Shown in pieces: positions 1-12,842 of a DNA stretch of 64,000 nt (the stretch's first letter is position 1; the number at the start of each line of letters is the position of its first letter). Origin of the DNA: Lepidodermella squamata (Eukaryota; Animalia; Gastrotricha); NCBI GenBank assembly GCA_047495785.1, contig JBLDXI010000019.1, positions 434,001 to 498,000 of the forward strand, written 5' to 3'. The position numbers were made by a program, and so were the translations under genes. The notes under the pieces are model-generated. The model saw only the letters and a list, made by a program, of their open reading frames with translations. It was not told the origin of the DNA and made no database searches.

Positions 1-103
1 ATTGAGGAACTGGATCATTCTTGTCATTAGATACCTGTGCCATTTCTTGCTGATCTGGGCCAGGCTGGTCATAAGTTTGATAAGTAGGATTTGTGTAGCT
101 CAT
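1..103 (-). CDS. 5' part of a dispanin/CD225-like membrane protein gene (runs off window start)
   Basis: Reverse strand reads MSYTNPTYQTYDQPGPDQQEMAQVSNDKNDPVPQ from ATG at 103, closely similar to the N-terminus of the 4354-4917 protein (MSYTNPAYQTYGQPAAYQQEMTQVSYAKNEPVPQ). Confidence 0.75.
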   Translation of the reverse strand, partial: MSYTNPTYQTYDQPGPDQQEMAQVSNDKNDPVPQ

Positions 104-1270
104 AATTAAAAGCTGAAAATTGTTGGATGATTGAAAAAAGGAAACGGATGATTGAATGAATGGGTGAAAGGACGTTGAAAACTTTTGGAGCGTGAAAGGA
201 GTAAATGCGCTAAGTTAAAATTAGCCCATTTGTCTGTTAGAATGCAAGTACCTCTGTGAAAGCGTTCATTATTCGCCAGCATCTTTTGACCCGCTATTTA
301 ACCCCTCAGTTTGACCTTTTGCCCATTTTGATTAGACCCCAATATTGCTATAATAAACTTGAAAGGCTTCGAATCTGAGTTGATGTCTGGCAAAAGGGAA
401 TGCTCCATTTGTTGACACTGAAACTTTTGAACACCTTCGCAGCACCTTTCAGATAATCGACGCCTGTTTTAGTTTTCATCACCATCAGCTTTGAATTTAC
501 TGAGTTAGTTTGGCGGCTTGGATTATGGCGACTCGGAAGTTATATTCATCTTTCACCTGTAGCATGTTTCTGACAGCCCAAAAGCAAGTAACAAATCGTT
601 CGTGGCGCGGAAGAACCAGCACTTTAGGCAAAAAAACTCGTGTACACAGGAGTACAGTATTTTTATTCTGTAGAAATTTGTACAGTTTTGCCGGCCGTAA
701 ATGTCAGTACGGCTCACTCGGCTGTAGAATGAGTACAGTTGTCCAGGCTGTATATGAGATGTACAGTTTTTTATTCCTGTAGCATGGGGTACAGCTAAAT
801 GAGCCGTACGCCCAAGTACAGTCGAATGCAACGTACATGCTGAGTACAGGAGTGGCAGCCGTAGTGACTGCGTACGGTTCGTCCAAACCGTACACGAGAG
901 TACAGGAGATTCATTTTTATAACGTAGTTGATGGGAGTTACTACGCAAACCCACGCAGAATCATATTGACGATTTTGGCGAAAGAGCGAAAGTCGGACCG
1001 ATATGCAGGTAATTAATTATTCGACGCGACGTCCATGGCTCACATAAGAGACTTGGCAAACGATTTCGGCCCTAACTCTATCTTCTCAGTCAAATGAAAA
1101 TTGGGCGTTGAGCAATAACGATTATAAATGGCGACGATGAATTAACCAAGACTATTTTCTTCTACACAGCCTCGTAGTCGATACTACCATTTCAAGCCAT
1201 CGCAAACCTTTTTCACGTTTTTATATTCTTCCGGAATTTTAGGTAATTTCCTGTATTGGCTGATTCCATA

Positions 1271-1440
1271 CAGGATGGCCAAGAAATTGGGCAGAAGGTG
1301 AATTCGATGCGTATCAATTTAATGAGGAGTTTAAAGAAGTTGAAAAATTTCCAAAGCATTATTTTGCCAATAGAACTCCTCAATTTCTTGAAACTCCTCA
1401 ATGGTTGATGCGCATCGAATTCGCCTTCTGCCCAATTTTT
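1271..1440. mobile_element. Tc1/mariner-like MITE fragment (palindromic)
   Basis: Starts TA|CAGGATGGCC; internal inverted repeat TTGGGCAGAAGG.GAATTCGATGCG; same family as the copy starting at 47785. Confidence 0.5.
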
Positions 1441-2428
1441 TGAAAAGTTACTTTCGGCGAGTCAAATAACATTAAATAATAACATGCCGAATAACATTAA
1501 AATGAACTGTTCTGCGGAGAGTCCTTTGGTGTTTTTTTAAACGAAAATATATTCCGTTTTTTCCAAACTTTTTTAACGCCGATGACTACGGCCTTTTTTG
1601 GCATGACGGAGATCATTCTGTCATCATTGATGACGATGATAACCTCGTGCATGCGTTTCAATTAAATCCGGGTCCTCTGCATGTATCAGTCTTTTTTGGG
1701 CGCTATCTCGAGGATCTAATGGCATTGAAACCGTCCTTGTCCCATAAGGTCGAGAACTTCACAAGAATTATTTCAGGTATTTATGAATAATATTTTTCAT
1801 CAAATGGATTTTCATCAAATCATCAAATCTCTTCTGATTTTCTAATTTTATGCTCGAAAGGAGATCGTTTTCAGTTTTCAGGAAGATCTTATTGCTTCCT
1901 AGTACTGTTAGGTTAAATGTTAGCTAAATTGCTGAAAAAAATCGCAAATTTATCGCAGTTCAACACCCGCCGAATAACTACTGTAGCTACTGCCTTCCAC
2001 CTGTGAATACAGGCGTGAAGAGTTTGTTCAAGTGGATTAAGGTGGATAAAGAACGATTAGTGCACTTAATGACGAAAAATCTCAACAAATAATCGGAATT
2101 TAAAAGTGAGTAAAAATTTGAATCGAAAATCATTGGTAGCATCCGCTAAAAAGTCTAAGCCCCTTACTGCAGTGATCATTAATAACTAAGTACGTATATC
2201 TGAAAACTGGAATCATGATCAAGATAAATGAACAGTACCAAAGAATACGGCACGCACCATATACATGTTTCGGCTTGGTTCGCAACATGTTTCGGCTTGG
2301 TTCGGCCAACGTTTTAATCGGCATTTTTTCATTTTAATGAACTTCGCGAAAGCTCCTGAAACTCCCAAAATTCCCAATCTATTACCTTGATTTAGGTATT
2401 CACTGATCAATTAGATCTTGTGATATCG

Positions 2429-3330
2429 CCGGCGCCAAAAGTAAAGCCCGAAAAGGCTTGTTTGCTTTAAAGCTGGCTGCAAAATTTGTTGACAGGAGGA
2501 CGGCGATAATGATGGCGAATGGCTTGGTGTTCAGCCATTTGAACTACCACGATATTACACTAGGCCAGGCTGTGCCAACAACGCTTAGCAGACTTCAGTC
2601 GACCCAGGACAAAGCGGTGAAGATTATTTGTGGTGCCAACCAACTCGCGGATCCTGAACCGCTTCGGCATCGCCTCGGATGGGTAACGGTGCACCAAAAG
2701 CACGCGATTCATCTGGCGACTTTCGTCTGGAAATGTGTTAACGGACAAGCGCCAACAGCGATGCAGGCAATATTCAAACTGAACGAACCGACCCAATACG
2801 ACATGCGCAACTTCGAACCAATGTTCAAACCGACTTACGATTCTCTGCGCGGTACTTTGAGTCTAAGTTATCGAGGACCCAATTTATGGAACCAACTTCC
2901 TCTTGAGGCACAGCAATCTGAAACGGCCGAGAATTTTCGCGAGGTAGTTTACCAGTACTACTACGGAATGAATGCCGCTAAATTATCCCAGTGATCATCA
3001 TTTTTGTTCTGATTTAATTTTGATACACTTTGTTGTGATTTATATACTTTAATTCCTGATACTGAAATGGACCTGATTGAATACACTTTATTTTTATACT
3101 GCTGAAATGCCGAAATTGTTGCGATTTTTACTATTACCTATCACTATTATATATACACATTGACGTGTATTTCTAATCCTAATTCTATAACTTTGTTTCT
3201 TCTACAACACCTTTCCTGTCCTAAATGTGATCCTGTCCTGCTATTATATGTTGTTTTCCTTATACTTTGTCAAGCTTCCCTCTTTGGGTGTAATAGCTTC
3301 TAAATAAATAAATAAATAAATAAAATAAAT
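2429..3330 (+). mobile_element. 5'-truncated LINE (CR1/L2/Crack-group RT C-terminal region plus 3' UTR)
   Basis: ORF 2458-2994 resembles the post-RT region of CR1/L2-type ORF2; (TAAA)n tail at 3301-3330; candidate TSD ATATCG at 2423-2428 and 3329-3334. Confidence 0.75.
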
Positions 3331-4353
3331 ATCGTATAGCACTCTCAGTATCTATCCAATGCAAATGTGGTTCCCAAAATTATTCACAAAAAAGTAGTTG
3401 AGGAGGAATCGTCATCGTATATCATAAGCGGAGGTGGCAGTTGATCATCCAAGCTTAGCAACACCAAAGTTTACGCCTCGGAAAAACTGGGTTCCAAACA
3501 CTTTGAAAATGACGAAAAACGAGGGAAAACGGTCTAAACCGGACTTTTTAACCTTCCCACGTCTAAAATCGCTCCGAATTAGGAAAATTCCGGTTTACAG
3601 AGTCCGGTTTAGACGACAAATCTATAATGTAAAGTGCACACTTTCTGCAAGAGCCACTGAAATCCGTCCGGTTCAGAGGAATTCCGGTTTAGACGACTCC
3701 GGTTTACGCAACTTTTACTGTACTGTACTTAAAGTACAGCATCGTCTTCTGTATATCGCAGGTACAGTAACTTCTCTCCTGTACTTCAAATACAGCATCT
3801 CTCCTGTACCATAAGTACAGTAATTGAACCGTACGCATGTGTACAGCCCGAGCTCTACAGTACTCAGCAGTACGGTCAAGCGTTCTGTACTGGGGTCTAC
3901 AGCTAATTTCAGTTGTACAGCGAGTACAGGGCACCGGCCGTACTTGATTTTACAGTCCGTTTGAGCAGTACTGCTGTTTTACAGAGCCATGGAGTGTACA
4001 TTTCAGTACTGCTGAACAAAAAAAATAAGCAAAGTGCTGGTTCTTCCGCGACACGAACGAAATGCAAAATTGAAGTTCTTCGCTAAAGCAATTCAAGGTT
4101 AGCCGCGCAAAGGGTCAGAGAAATATCTCGCGAAATTTTCGGAAAATGATTATTTATGTCGCTCACTTATGAATAAAAATAAAAACCATTCATTTCAAAG
4201 ATCACGTTTATTAGGAAAAATGTAAGTGATCGGTGATCGATCAATCTTGCGCAATCAGATTACTGTACTTAATAAAAGGTCTATAATCTGGAGTACGTCT
4301 TTCATGAGAATTGGTTGGTGTGGAACGTGAGTTTCGGTGGAATTTTCGTGTGA

Positions 4354-4917
4354 TCACCCGTAATAGCTGCCGTAGCTGCCGTAGCCGTAGCTGCTGTACA
4401 AAGTCCTCGCGCCTCCCGTGAAGATCACAATGACAGCAATAATGACAGCAATACCAATCGCTAATGCAATTGTCCCCAAAATGTAGCCGACCGTGTGAAA
4501 TTTACGCGGCTCAGCAACCTTGCAGCAGTCGGGGGTCGCCGCGCAAACCAGAGCGATCATACTGCAATACATGGGACCAAACAACACTGCGAATACCGAA
4601 ATAGCAATGCTACAACCACGGTAGCATTGCGTTGGATGGGCTTGGGATTCGTCGACAATAAAAGTCACGACATTGGACGGCGCTGGTTGGTTGACGGCAG
4701 CCATCATAGGTCGCGGCTGTTGATCTCTTACTTCATAAGCGCTGCTTCTCGCCGTTGGAGTCAGGTAAGAATTATGGGCCGATGGAGTGGGTGGAGCGAC
4801 AGGTGTGTATTGAGGGACAGGTTCATTTTTAGCATAGGATACCTGTGTCATTTCCTGCTGATATGCAGCAGGCTGGCCATACGTTTGATAAGCAGGATTT
4901 GTGTAGCTCATTTTCAC
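4354..4917 (-). CDS. Dispanin/CD225-like small membrane protein
   Basis: P/Q/Y-rich N-terminus; two C-terminal hydrophobic segments joined by TPDCCKVAEPRKF; single exon. Confidence 0.75.
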   Translation of the reverse strand: MKMSYTNPAYQTYGQPAAYQQEMTQVSYAKNEPVPQYTPVAPPTPSAHNSYLTPTARSSAYEVRDQQPRPMMAAVNQPAPSNVVTFIVDESQAHPTQCYRGCSIAISVFAVLFGPMYCSMIALVCAATPDCCKVAEPRKFHTVGYILGTIALAIGIAVIIAVIVIFTGGARTLYSSYGYGSYGSYYG

Positions 4918-5099
4918 CGAGATGTAAAAAATGCGCGAGTGATTATTACCTCGCCCCTCGCCCTTTGAGAAGAGGACACTGCTCCTCTTTTTAGCGGATT
5001 GAATAGGCTCAATGGGTCTCGCTATTTCGAGTGAAATTGTCGGTTAAATGTGAAACAAAGTCCTGTTATTATCACCTACTTAATTTATTGCCGATAACC

Positions 5100-5705
5100 T
5101 TACAAAGAATTGGTCGTTATATTACTATTTTTACAAATATCAGGCAAAAGTTTATAATTGCGATTACATAAGTATTCAGGATATCTAGTAACATAATTCA
5201 CAGCTTCAGCGACGAAAACAGCAACGATTATGATAGCAGCAAGTCCTATAGCTAATCCTATCGTCCCAACAATGTAGGATACTGTGTAGAATCTCCTAGG
5301 TTCAGCAACCTTGCAGCAATCGGGCGTCGCAACGCAGAAAACAGCTAAAAGTCCGCAATAAACGGGCCCTAGAATTAGCGAAAAAATCGCAATTGCTATC
5401 GAACAGCCCTTGTAGCAAGGAGTCGGGTTGGCTTGTTTAGGATCCACCGTAAACGTGATTGTTTCATCGTTGCTATGTCCTGTTTGCGGCTGGTTGACAT
5501 TGTGAAGAAGATTTGATTTCGGCTGAGTGGTGACAAGATCTTCATCCGAGTTCCTCAGGTGGTAAATTGAACTGCGATTAGCTGGGGCGTGGTAGCTGCT
5601 GTAGTAAATGCTTGGATTCGCCACATAGACATTCGACTTGGCTCGAATGCTCGATAGAGCCAAATCTGGCGCTGAAGGTTGAAATCCGTGATTGTCAGCA
5701 CTCAT
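5100..5705 (-). CDS. Dispanin/CD225-like small membrane protein
   Basis: Paralogue of 4354-4917 with TPDCCKVAEPRRF between hydrophobic segments. Confidence 0.75.
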   Translation of the reverse strand: MSADNHGFQPSAPDLALSSIRAKSNVYVANPSIYYSSYHAPANRSSIYHLRNSDEDLVTTQPKSNLLHNVNQPQTGHSNDETITFTVDPKQANPTPCYKGCSIAIAIFSLILGPVYCGLLAVFCVATPDCCKVAEPRRFYTVSYIVGTIGLAIGLAAIIIVAVFVAEAVNYVTRYPEYLCNRNYKLLPDICKNSNITTNSL

Positions 5706-6572
5706 CCTTTTTCTCAGCAGACGAAAAAACTTATCAACTGAGGATTTTTTTAGCTCAATTGGTTTTCGATGAATACGACTGGCTGGCTATTGACAAGCCC
5801 ATTGAATCGTTAAAAGAATGCGCGCTTGGCTCTCATAAAATGTTAATTATTTTCTTCGCACTTGTTTGTTTTTCTGAAAGAAGTAAAACGATTATTATTT
5901 GGAAGTTTGCACTAAATGCGCTTTAATAGGTGTATTAAATGTGACTTTAAACAATGTATTAATACAAATATTAAGGTGGCACTAACAACATTTTTTCAAC
6001 TCATTTGCTGTATTAAAATTCATGTGATTCCCCATCGATTGAATAATATTGGTGTGTGCGTAAGTTTTGTCATCGATTTTTTTCAGGCGCGAATCCTATA
6101 TTCAATCAAGATGGAATTTCATTTAGATACAAACAACTTCAGATCATTCGAAACTAGCCATTTGAAATCCCCAATAGCTTCGAAATTTCAAAATTTGCGT
6201 GCGCCTATGTGTCCCACTTTCGAAGAGTGGGTCAGCGAAATAAGCGCTCATTTTTTAAGGGTCAAAAATTTAACGATGTAATAATGTAATGAAAGCCGGT
6301 TTTGATGAAATATTGCTCACCATGCTTGAAAAATACCTAAATGTTGCATTTGTCAATAAAAGGCATTGACAAAATGCCGTTTATTAACTCTCGAAACTTA
6401 ACTCTCAATAGGGTGTCTAGCTGAACATAATTTATAGCATGTCAATTTTGAAAGACCGCCAATAATGAATGATGTCTGCTGGTATATTTCTCAAAATTAA
6501 ACCACTCGAGATTTTTAAACAGAACATCAGCTTTGCCACGCGAACACATCACAGCCGTCTCGTCGCTATTTC

Positions 6573-7295
6573 ATGAGAAACAATTTTAATTACAGCTATC
6601 AATTACATAAAAATCAAGAGTCTGAAAATTTAAGGTGGCAACCAACGCAGAATTACAACGCTTCGTCCTTTTCGCCGATTTACGCGCCTCGAAATGGCAA
6701 TCATACGCTGGATCAGCGGCCCAAGTCAACATATGACCTTCGCCCTATAACAAACGGCCTTCTCGCTTATCAAACGCCGAAATTGGATGACGTAATATGG
6801 GTGCCGTATACGAAACCTCCGAAGCCACTCCCGCCACCCCCTGTGCCACAACAACAAACCAAAAAATTGGAAAGTAACCCGCCGAAACAGGATGAAAACT
6901 CGAAGACGCCGAAACCTACAGCAGATCAGGAGAAAAAGGACGGGAAGGCTAAGGCGAAGACAGTGACGGACAAAATCTCGCCGAAACACGTCGATGCTAC
7001 AATTCATTTCGTTGAAATTCGAGCGCCTAAATACTGCCAAATAATGTCGATTATCCTATCGGTTTTCGCAATTTTTCTCGGCCCGTTTTGCATCAGTATT
7101 CCGGCTGTAGTCATTTCGATGACGCCTGGTTGCTGTAAAGTCTACGAGCCGAAAAAATTCTACCGAGTTTCAATGATTCTAGCTGGAGCGGCCTTGATAG
7201 TCGGCGTGCCGTTGTTCATTTTGGCGGTATCAAAACGGGCGCAAATTTTGCAGTTCTTACTCGACAACCTTGAAAGCCACTCGGAGAATCCCTAA
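6573..7295 (+). CDS. Dispanin/CD225-like small membrane protein
   Basis: Pro/Lys-rich N-terminus, hydrophobic hairpin, TPGCCKVYEPKKF, TM helix; AATAAA at about 7367. Confidence 0.75.
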   Translation: MRNNFNYSYQLHKNQESENLRWQPTQNYNASSFSPIYAPRNGNHTLDQRPKSTYDLRPITNGLLAYQTPKLDDVIWVPYTKPPKPLPPPPVPQQQTKKLESNPPKQDENSKTPKPTADQEKKDGKAKAKTVTDKISPKHVDATIHFVEIRAPKYCQIMSIILSVFAIFLGPFCISIPAVVISMTPGCCKVYEPKKFYRVSMILAGAALIVGVPLFILAVSKRAQILQFLLDNLESHSENP

Positions 7296-8680
7296 ATATT
7301 TCATGATTTTGATTTTCCATTTTTGTGAAAAATGGGGTTTTTATCACGGTGAGATTTTATTGAGCGAATAAAATGATGCGCTAATTTTCCGCGTGATTTA
7401 TTTCGTCGGTGCATCGTTATTTTTTTCGTCTCATAACCGGCTGAAGTGCGACATAATAGTCATCGACAATAAGTGCGATACTAGTCAACTTTTTCATGCC
7501 AGTCAAGAGGTAAATGCGATACCTAAGCGCGGTTTTTTTACCATCATCAGTCGTCTCGCGCGCACAGAGGTATACTGATGTATAGAGTGTGTTGTAAAAC
7601 ATCGATGACAGCGCAATTCAAGTGTTGGTTTTACGCGCTTGTTGTAGCATTATTACGCCGGTATCGTTTTTTTGCATGCCATCATGCTGTGCATACTATA
7701 TACTATAACTACTACTCTCGGCTCAAAAGAGGCGCGCTGTTCTATTAGCAAATGCTGTGCGCCACTTTAGCCCGACACATTTTTCAGTCACCGGTGCTCA
7801 CAGTAGGCAGGAGAAAGAGCTTCATCAGAGGGCTTATATTACCGAATGAAACATAAAATGTCAAACCGTTTGCGCTTGGCCGCCGCCGCTGCTTTTGATG
7901 TTGAGTCTGTGGCGCATTGCATAAAAAATGCTCATGTTTTCCCGCCGTATAATTTGGTACTCGAAACAACAACGACACGCTCTTTGTTGTCGCCGTTTCT
8001 ACCGAGAAAACCGAGTTCCCATGGTTAATCATTCGTGAAGGGCTGAGGCGGCATAAAATCTCCATGTTTTACCCTATTATATAGATATTTTTTACGTTGT
8101 CATATGGCAGAAATAGGTGGCAGAATACAAAAACTGGCAACAACAAGGGTCGAATGAAAAAATGTATGTTTTTTCTTTGACGGAATACTCGAGAAGAAAT
8201 TCGTGCCTGGTTGTTTATGGGCTGGTGTGGTGACTGAAACGAGCTCACGAATATGGCAAAGTACCACGTTTCTTCTAGCAGAATGCAGGAACTTCGAAAG
8301 TTAGCTCTTACGTTTTTTTCTCGTAAAAAATCTTCATTACTACTATATAGCTAGTGTTATATAAAATCAATATAGGAAAAGGAAATACAACATGCACGAA
8401 ATTCTATACAATTTATTCTTTCAATTCCTTCCTTTCAATTCCGTTCCTTTCAATTTTCAAATAATCGCTATTTTTTGTAAAAGAAAACAGCGATTATTTA
8501 GTTAAAAGTTGGCTCAGAAATTTGGGTTCCTAATGTCTGCACTAGAAAAACGTTTGCAATTTAGACGCTAATTAAACACATTTTACTCGGGTATTTAGGT
8601 CCCTGATGGTAGCCTCATATTTAGGCTAAAAATGTAAATTGAAGCTTCTAATTACCAAAAAATGAAAGTGTACTCCTGTT

Positions 8681-8936
8681 GGTTCTATGCCAATTGAGCA
8701 AACGAAAATAGAGCAAACGAAATTAAAGCAAAATGACTTTTGAGCAAAACGACACTAGAGCAAATTTAATAATTAATTGCAGCTGTCATTTATTGTAAAT
8801 CAAATTTGCTCTAATCTCGTTTTGCTCAAAAGTCGTTTTGCTCTAATTTCGTTTGCTCTAATATCGTTGCTCAAATATATTAGAGCTTGCTCTATTTTCG
8901 TTGCTCAATTTTCGTTTGCTCAATTGGCATAGAACC
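8681..8936. mobile_element. Foldback-type MITE (Merlin/MULE-like)
   Basis: TIR GGTTCTATGCCAATTGAGCAAACGAAAAT; internal inverted arrays of roughly 15-bp units; 8-bp TSD CTCCTGTT (8673-8680, 8937-8944). Confidence 0.85.
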
Positions 8937-9510
8937 CTCCTGTTAGCGAAACCAAATTTTAGACTTTTCTAGTGGCCTGAAATCGGTTTTCGGATATTTA
9001 TTGCATGTCAAGATTGGCCACAATGATTCTAGAAAATTCACTAGTGAATTCCGCGCAACATTCTCTATCAGACGGTGTGTTCAATTCAGAATTCATGCTT
9101 AGCCTAAAATTCGTATAAATATAAAAAAAATGACTCTTGGAATATTTCGACTTTGGTTCCGCTAAAAGAAATTCCAGAATTCGAGGCGATAAATATTAAG
9201 TTTTTGGGTAAAATGTATAAAAAGGCCGGTTATCTCAGTCAACTATTTTTGAACACCCTGAACCACATTTTACCCTATGTTACTCAGGATAAATAACCTT
9301 CGATTATTCCAAATAGTTTTCTGGTATTAAGCGATTCGGAATAATTTTTATTCTAAATAACCGGCCGTGCGAAATACCAAGTGATAAATTGCGAACTTTA
9401 TTTTACAGTGTACTTGATTTTTTCACATTTTTCTCGACGACAATTTCTTCATCATCTTGGCCTTGGAATCTCTTCGATTTTCGTGTAATTGAATCTTATT
9501 GCTTTCTAGA

Positions 9511-10461
9511 ATGAATAGTACCAACTCGAGTCGGCTGAGTTTATCGTTTCAGCCTACAGTCGAGAGTGACTATCGTCAAGAATCGTGGTCTGACATCCAT
9601 CGGCCGTCAAACTATGCTCAAAGCGACATTTTCCCCGCAAGCTCGCATCAACATCTAAACAGTATGACCCCTTACAATCGGGGTTCAGTATATTCCGTCA
9701 CAAATAGCCAGCAATTATACGCGACTAATCAACAGCCCGAACCGCAAGTATACGCGTTTCAAATAGCGGGACAGTCAAATTATGTCTCACCGTCTGATTA
9801 TTCTGGCTCAAGAACATCCCTGGCTTCCACTCAAGTATCCTTTCAACCTGCTGATAACATTTTGTAAGTTGAATAAATTATTCTGCCTTAATCGTAAAAT
9901 TATGATTTCTTTCATAGAAATACACCTTATTTCTCGACCCAAGTTCAGCAGCCAATTCCGTACCAGCCTTACGCTCCTATTCTTCGCCAGACTTCTCAAT
10001 TCCACAACGAAGTGATTCCCGAGCATGAACAACAGCAAGTTGGAAATTACTACCAACATCACAATCAAACTCCTGATTTCGAGCGGAGGGTCAGTTTCTT
10101 CCCGGAGACATCGCCGGAATCAGCCTACCCGAGTTATTACGGTCAAAAGGTGCCGCCGCAACAAAACCAACCTATCTACGCATTGAATATCCAACAAAAC
10201 AAGTCAGCAAGTGATGAGTGGCTCGTCACTGAGACTCAATTTAAGCGGTGCCACTTTGCCGCTATGGCGCTATCAATTTTTTCGCTCTTCTCCGGCGCCT
10301 GGTGCTGCGCGATTCCTGCTTTTGTGTTGGCGATGAAGCGGCCGGAAACGCGGCGTAGCGTCGACTCGTACTGCAGCGCCATCGCCTTGTCCTGTGTTGC
10401 CATTGTCATCGGTTTCGTGTCGATCGGCTGCGTTATTGCCTACTTCCTAGGCCGGCTTTGA
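9511..10461 (+). CDS. Dispanin/CD225-like membrane protein, 2 exons (9511-9863, 9918-10461)
   Basis: GT-AG intron 9864-9917 joins ORFs in frame; C-terminal LSIFSLFSGAWCCAIPAFVLA...AIALSCVAIVIGF is CD225-like. Confidence 0.75.
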
Positions 10462-10869
10462 TTGCTTTCCAGTATATTATGCATTTTTTGCTATTGTTAT
10501 TAATGATATCGTCGACTACGCAATAAAATAATCGGGATTTTTAAATTCTTCACCTTCAGAAAAAAGGGTAAATTGCGATTTACAGTTGAAATTTTCGCGA
10601 AAATGAGCAAGGGGAAAAATGGACACGCCTCGATAAATGTAATGTCACAGCGATTCGTTGTCTCATCCGTCGAATTCCCGGCAGCGGTAATTTAACAGCT
10701 GGAAACATTAGGGAAATGCCAGATGACTAGTTTTTAGTTCATACAATAGAAAAACAGGGTTTCGAAAACATAGCCAATTTTTCCCGCATGAAAATCGCTA
10801 TTGGGGAAGTGCAAGGGCCTAAAAATCGAACTTTGTAGAAACTCGGAACTTGCTTTAAAGATGATGCTC

Positions 10870-11430
10870 AACTATGTGCTCAACTATAAAGACTTGGGTC
10901 TTCTTATCGATGAAAAGCTAGAATTCAAAGCCCATATTAATTCGATTGTTTCTAAAGCCTACCTACGTGCAAACCTGATACTACGTGCTCTGAAAGGTCA
11001 GTCTCCTGAGACCTTAGTGCGTGCCTACTGTACATATGCTCGCCCGTTGCTAGAGTATTATTGCACTTGCATCTGGTCACCTTGATTTAAAAATGAAATT
11101 GACAAATTAGAAAAATTGCAATCTTAGTTTACTCGCCGTGCTCTCAATTTATCACCCTACGATCCTTCGCGCCCGTCCTATTCCGAGCGTCTTAAAAAAT
11201 TTCGGCTAGTGTCTCTCGAAGAACGGCGCATTATCTACGATCTTTGCTTCCTTTTCAAAGTAATAAATGGGTCTGTTAAAACATCTATCTCTAATAACAT
11301 AAAATTGTTGTTGAATAATAATCGAGGTCATCGTTTTCGTTTCTCTGTTATAAATCCGAACATGAAGTGCAAAAATCCCACAAAACCTGTCTATAAGAAC
11401 TATTTCTTGAACCGTACTGTAAACACTTTT
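10870..11430 (+). mobile_element. Degenerate CR1-type LINE fragment
   Basis: KDLGLLIDEKLEF..HI, ARPLLEY...WSP, SYSERL...SLEERR are typical CR1 ORF2 C-terminal motifs, with in-frame stops. Confidence 0.8.
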
Positions 11431-11699
11431 TTGTCATATATAAATATGTATGAAACAACACTTCGTTTTTTACACTTGAACGAATCACCTATACTCTTGG
11501 CCGTCCTCCTCGCTTGCGTCAAATGACCTGTTGCCGGCGAATTTTGAGATGCGGTCAGATTATTGACCAGGTAAAAAAACTGAGTTATAAACTATAGATT
11601 TCTCTAAATCGATTTTGGATGGAGATAGGACTTTTCGCCGGACGCCGATTCACATATGGGACGGCGATGGGATGATTCACATACAAATATTCCGGTTTT

Positions 11700-12141
11700 C
11701 TTTTGCCCGTAGATAACTAATAAATGACTAATACATGACGCAGTGGAAACCTTTTTTTGCACGGGTTCAGAACTTGGCACACACGTATAAAAGTATTGAA
11801 CAAATTTACACCAGGAGCAAAGACGCTGGAGCATAACATTTTCATTTCCTATTTTACAGATCAACATGGAAAAATCTGCCATCTACCAAATATCGAGGTG
11901 CCTTTTAAATGTGCAATCTGGCAACGTGATCAATCAGAAGGACAGCAGGCGCCACTAGCAACTAGCAACTAAATATTCCCTTGCTAGATATGTGTCGATT
12001 CAACAGCAACCGACAAGATGTGTCCAGGCAAACACAAAAATAGTCCGGGAAGTGCGGGAATCCTGTTGTGACAAGTATGTTGAAAGTTTTTTGAATCTTG
12101 TTCAGTGTTAATTTCATCTTTCCAAGACATGGATGCGCTAT
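11700..12141. repeat. Direct repeat copy 1 (paralogue at 14510-15159)
   Basis: Shared blocks such as CAGATCAACATGGAAAA..TGCCATCTACCAAATATCGAGGTGC and CAACCGACAAGATGTGTCCAGGCAAACACA. Confidence 0.8.
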
Positions 12142-12842
12142 AGCGGCTATTGTGACATTTTCTATTTTTATTGTCGGTATTGGACTTTTGTGCGCGATTC
12201 TCGCATTTGTAACTCGGAATCATTAATAAAACTAAATTTGTTCCCAATTTATTCGGAAAAAATGAATAACTGCGAATTTTTGTAAAATTGCAATACAATT
12301 TATTGGCGTGTAGTGATAAAGGAAACAAATATCGCTATTCACTCTAATTTAAATTTTGAGCAGTTTTTACCACTTACCTTTACTCCTTTGAATGATTTGA
12401 ATGAAACCAAGCGAAATCAGAAGTTCAGTTACATACTTTTCGAATGAAATGGAGCCGTCTAGGAGCTTGCCGTTGCGCACTTTCAAAAACAACGGACTAG
12501 AACGCACACACCTGGGCTGAGCGAAGACTGGCGGCGGCTTTAATTGCTGAATTTTCTTCGAGCTGAGTCTCTAAAAGCATATATGCGCTCGCTCAATTAT
12601 TTCTCAGGTTCGCCGTCAGAAATGAAGCAATTTTTTGTTTGGACACGGATATACAGCAGTATAAAACATAATAATGATAAGCAATTTCCCTGGAGAAGTA
12701 ACCAGATATTTTATTAAAGATCTGCAGATAACTTGATGTTGATCAAATATTTGGTGCGCAAAACTTACAGAAGAAAAAACTTTGTCCTTCAATTTAATTT
12801 CCTCAGCCGAAATCTGAGTTTTTCAGTTGAAAAAGTTTCATA

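Larger units (their letters stand above)
597..4059. mobile_element. Non-autonomous TIR DNA transposon (Sola1-like by TSD) with nested insertions
   Basis: About 29-bp TIR CGTTCGTG(G/T)CGCGGAAGAACCAGCACTTT at both ends with 1 mismatch; AAAT flanks both sides (593-596, 4060-4063); GTACAG/CTGTAC subterminal repeats at both ends; no transposase ORF. Confidence 0.75.

Noticed and set aside
510-954. ORFs in GTACAG-rich sequence (also 3434-3934)
   Set aside because: They lie in transposon subterminal repeats and show no protein similarity
7520-7560. Hammerhead ribozyme core (CTGATGA on minus strand)
   Set aside because: No GAAA following a stem II; other core elements missing
8681-8936. CRISPR-like short repeat array
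   Set aside because: No unique spacers; repeats are inverted about the centre with TIR and TSD, i.e. a MITE in eukaryotic DNA
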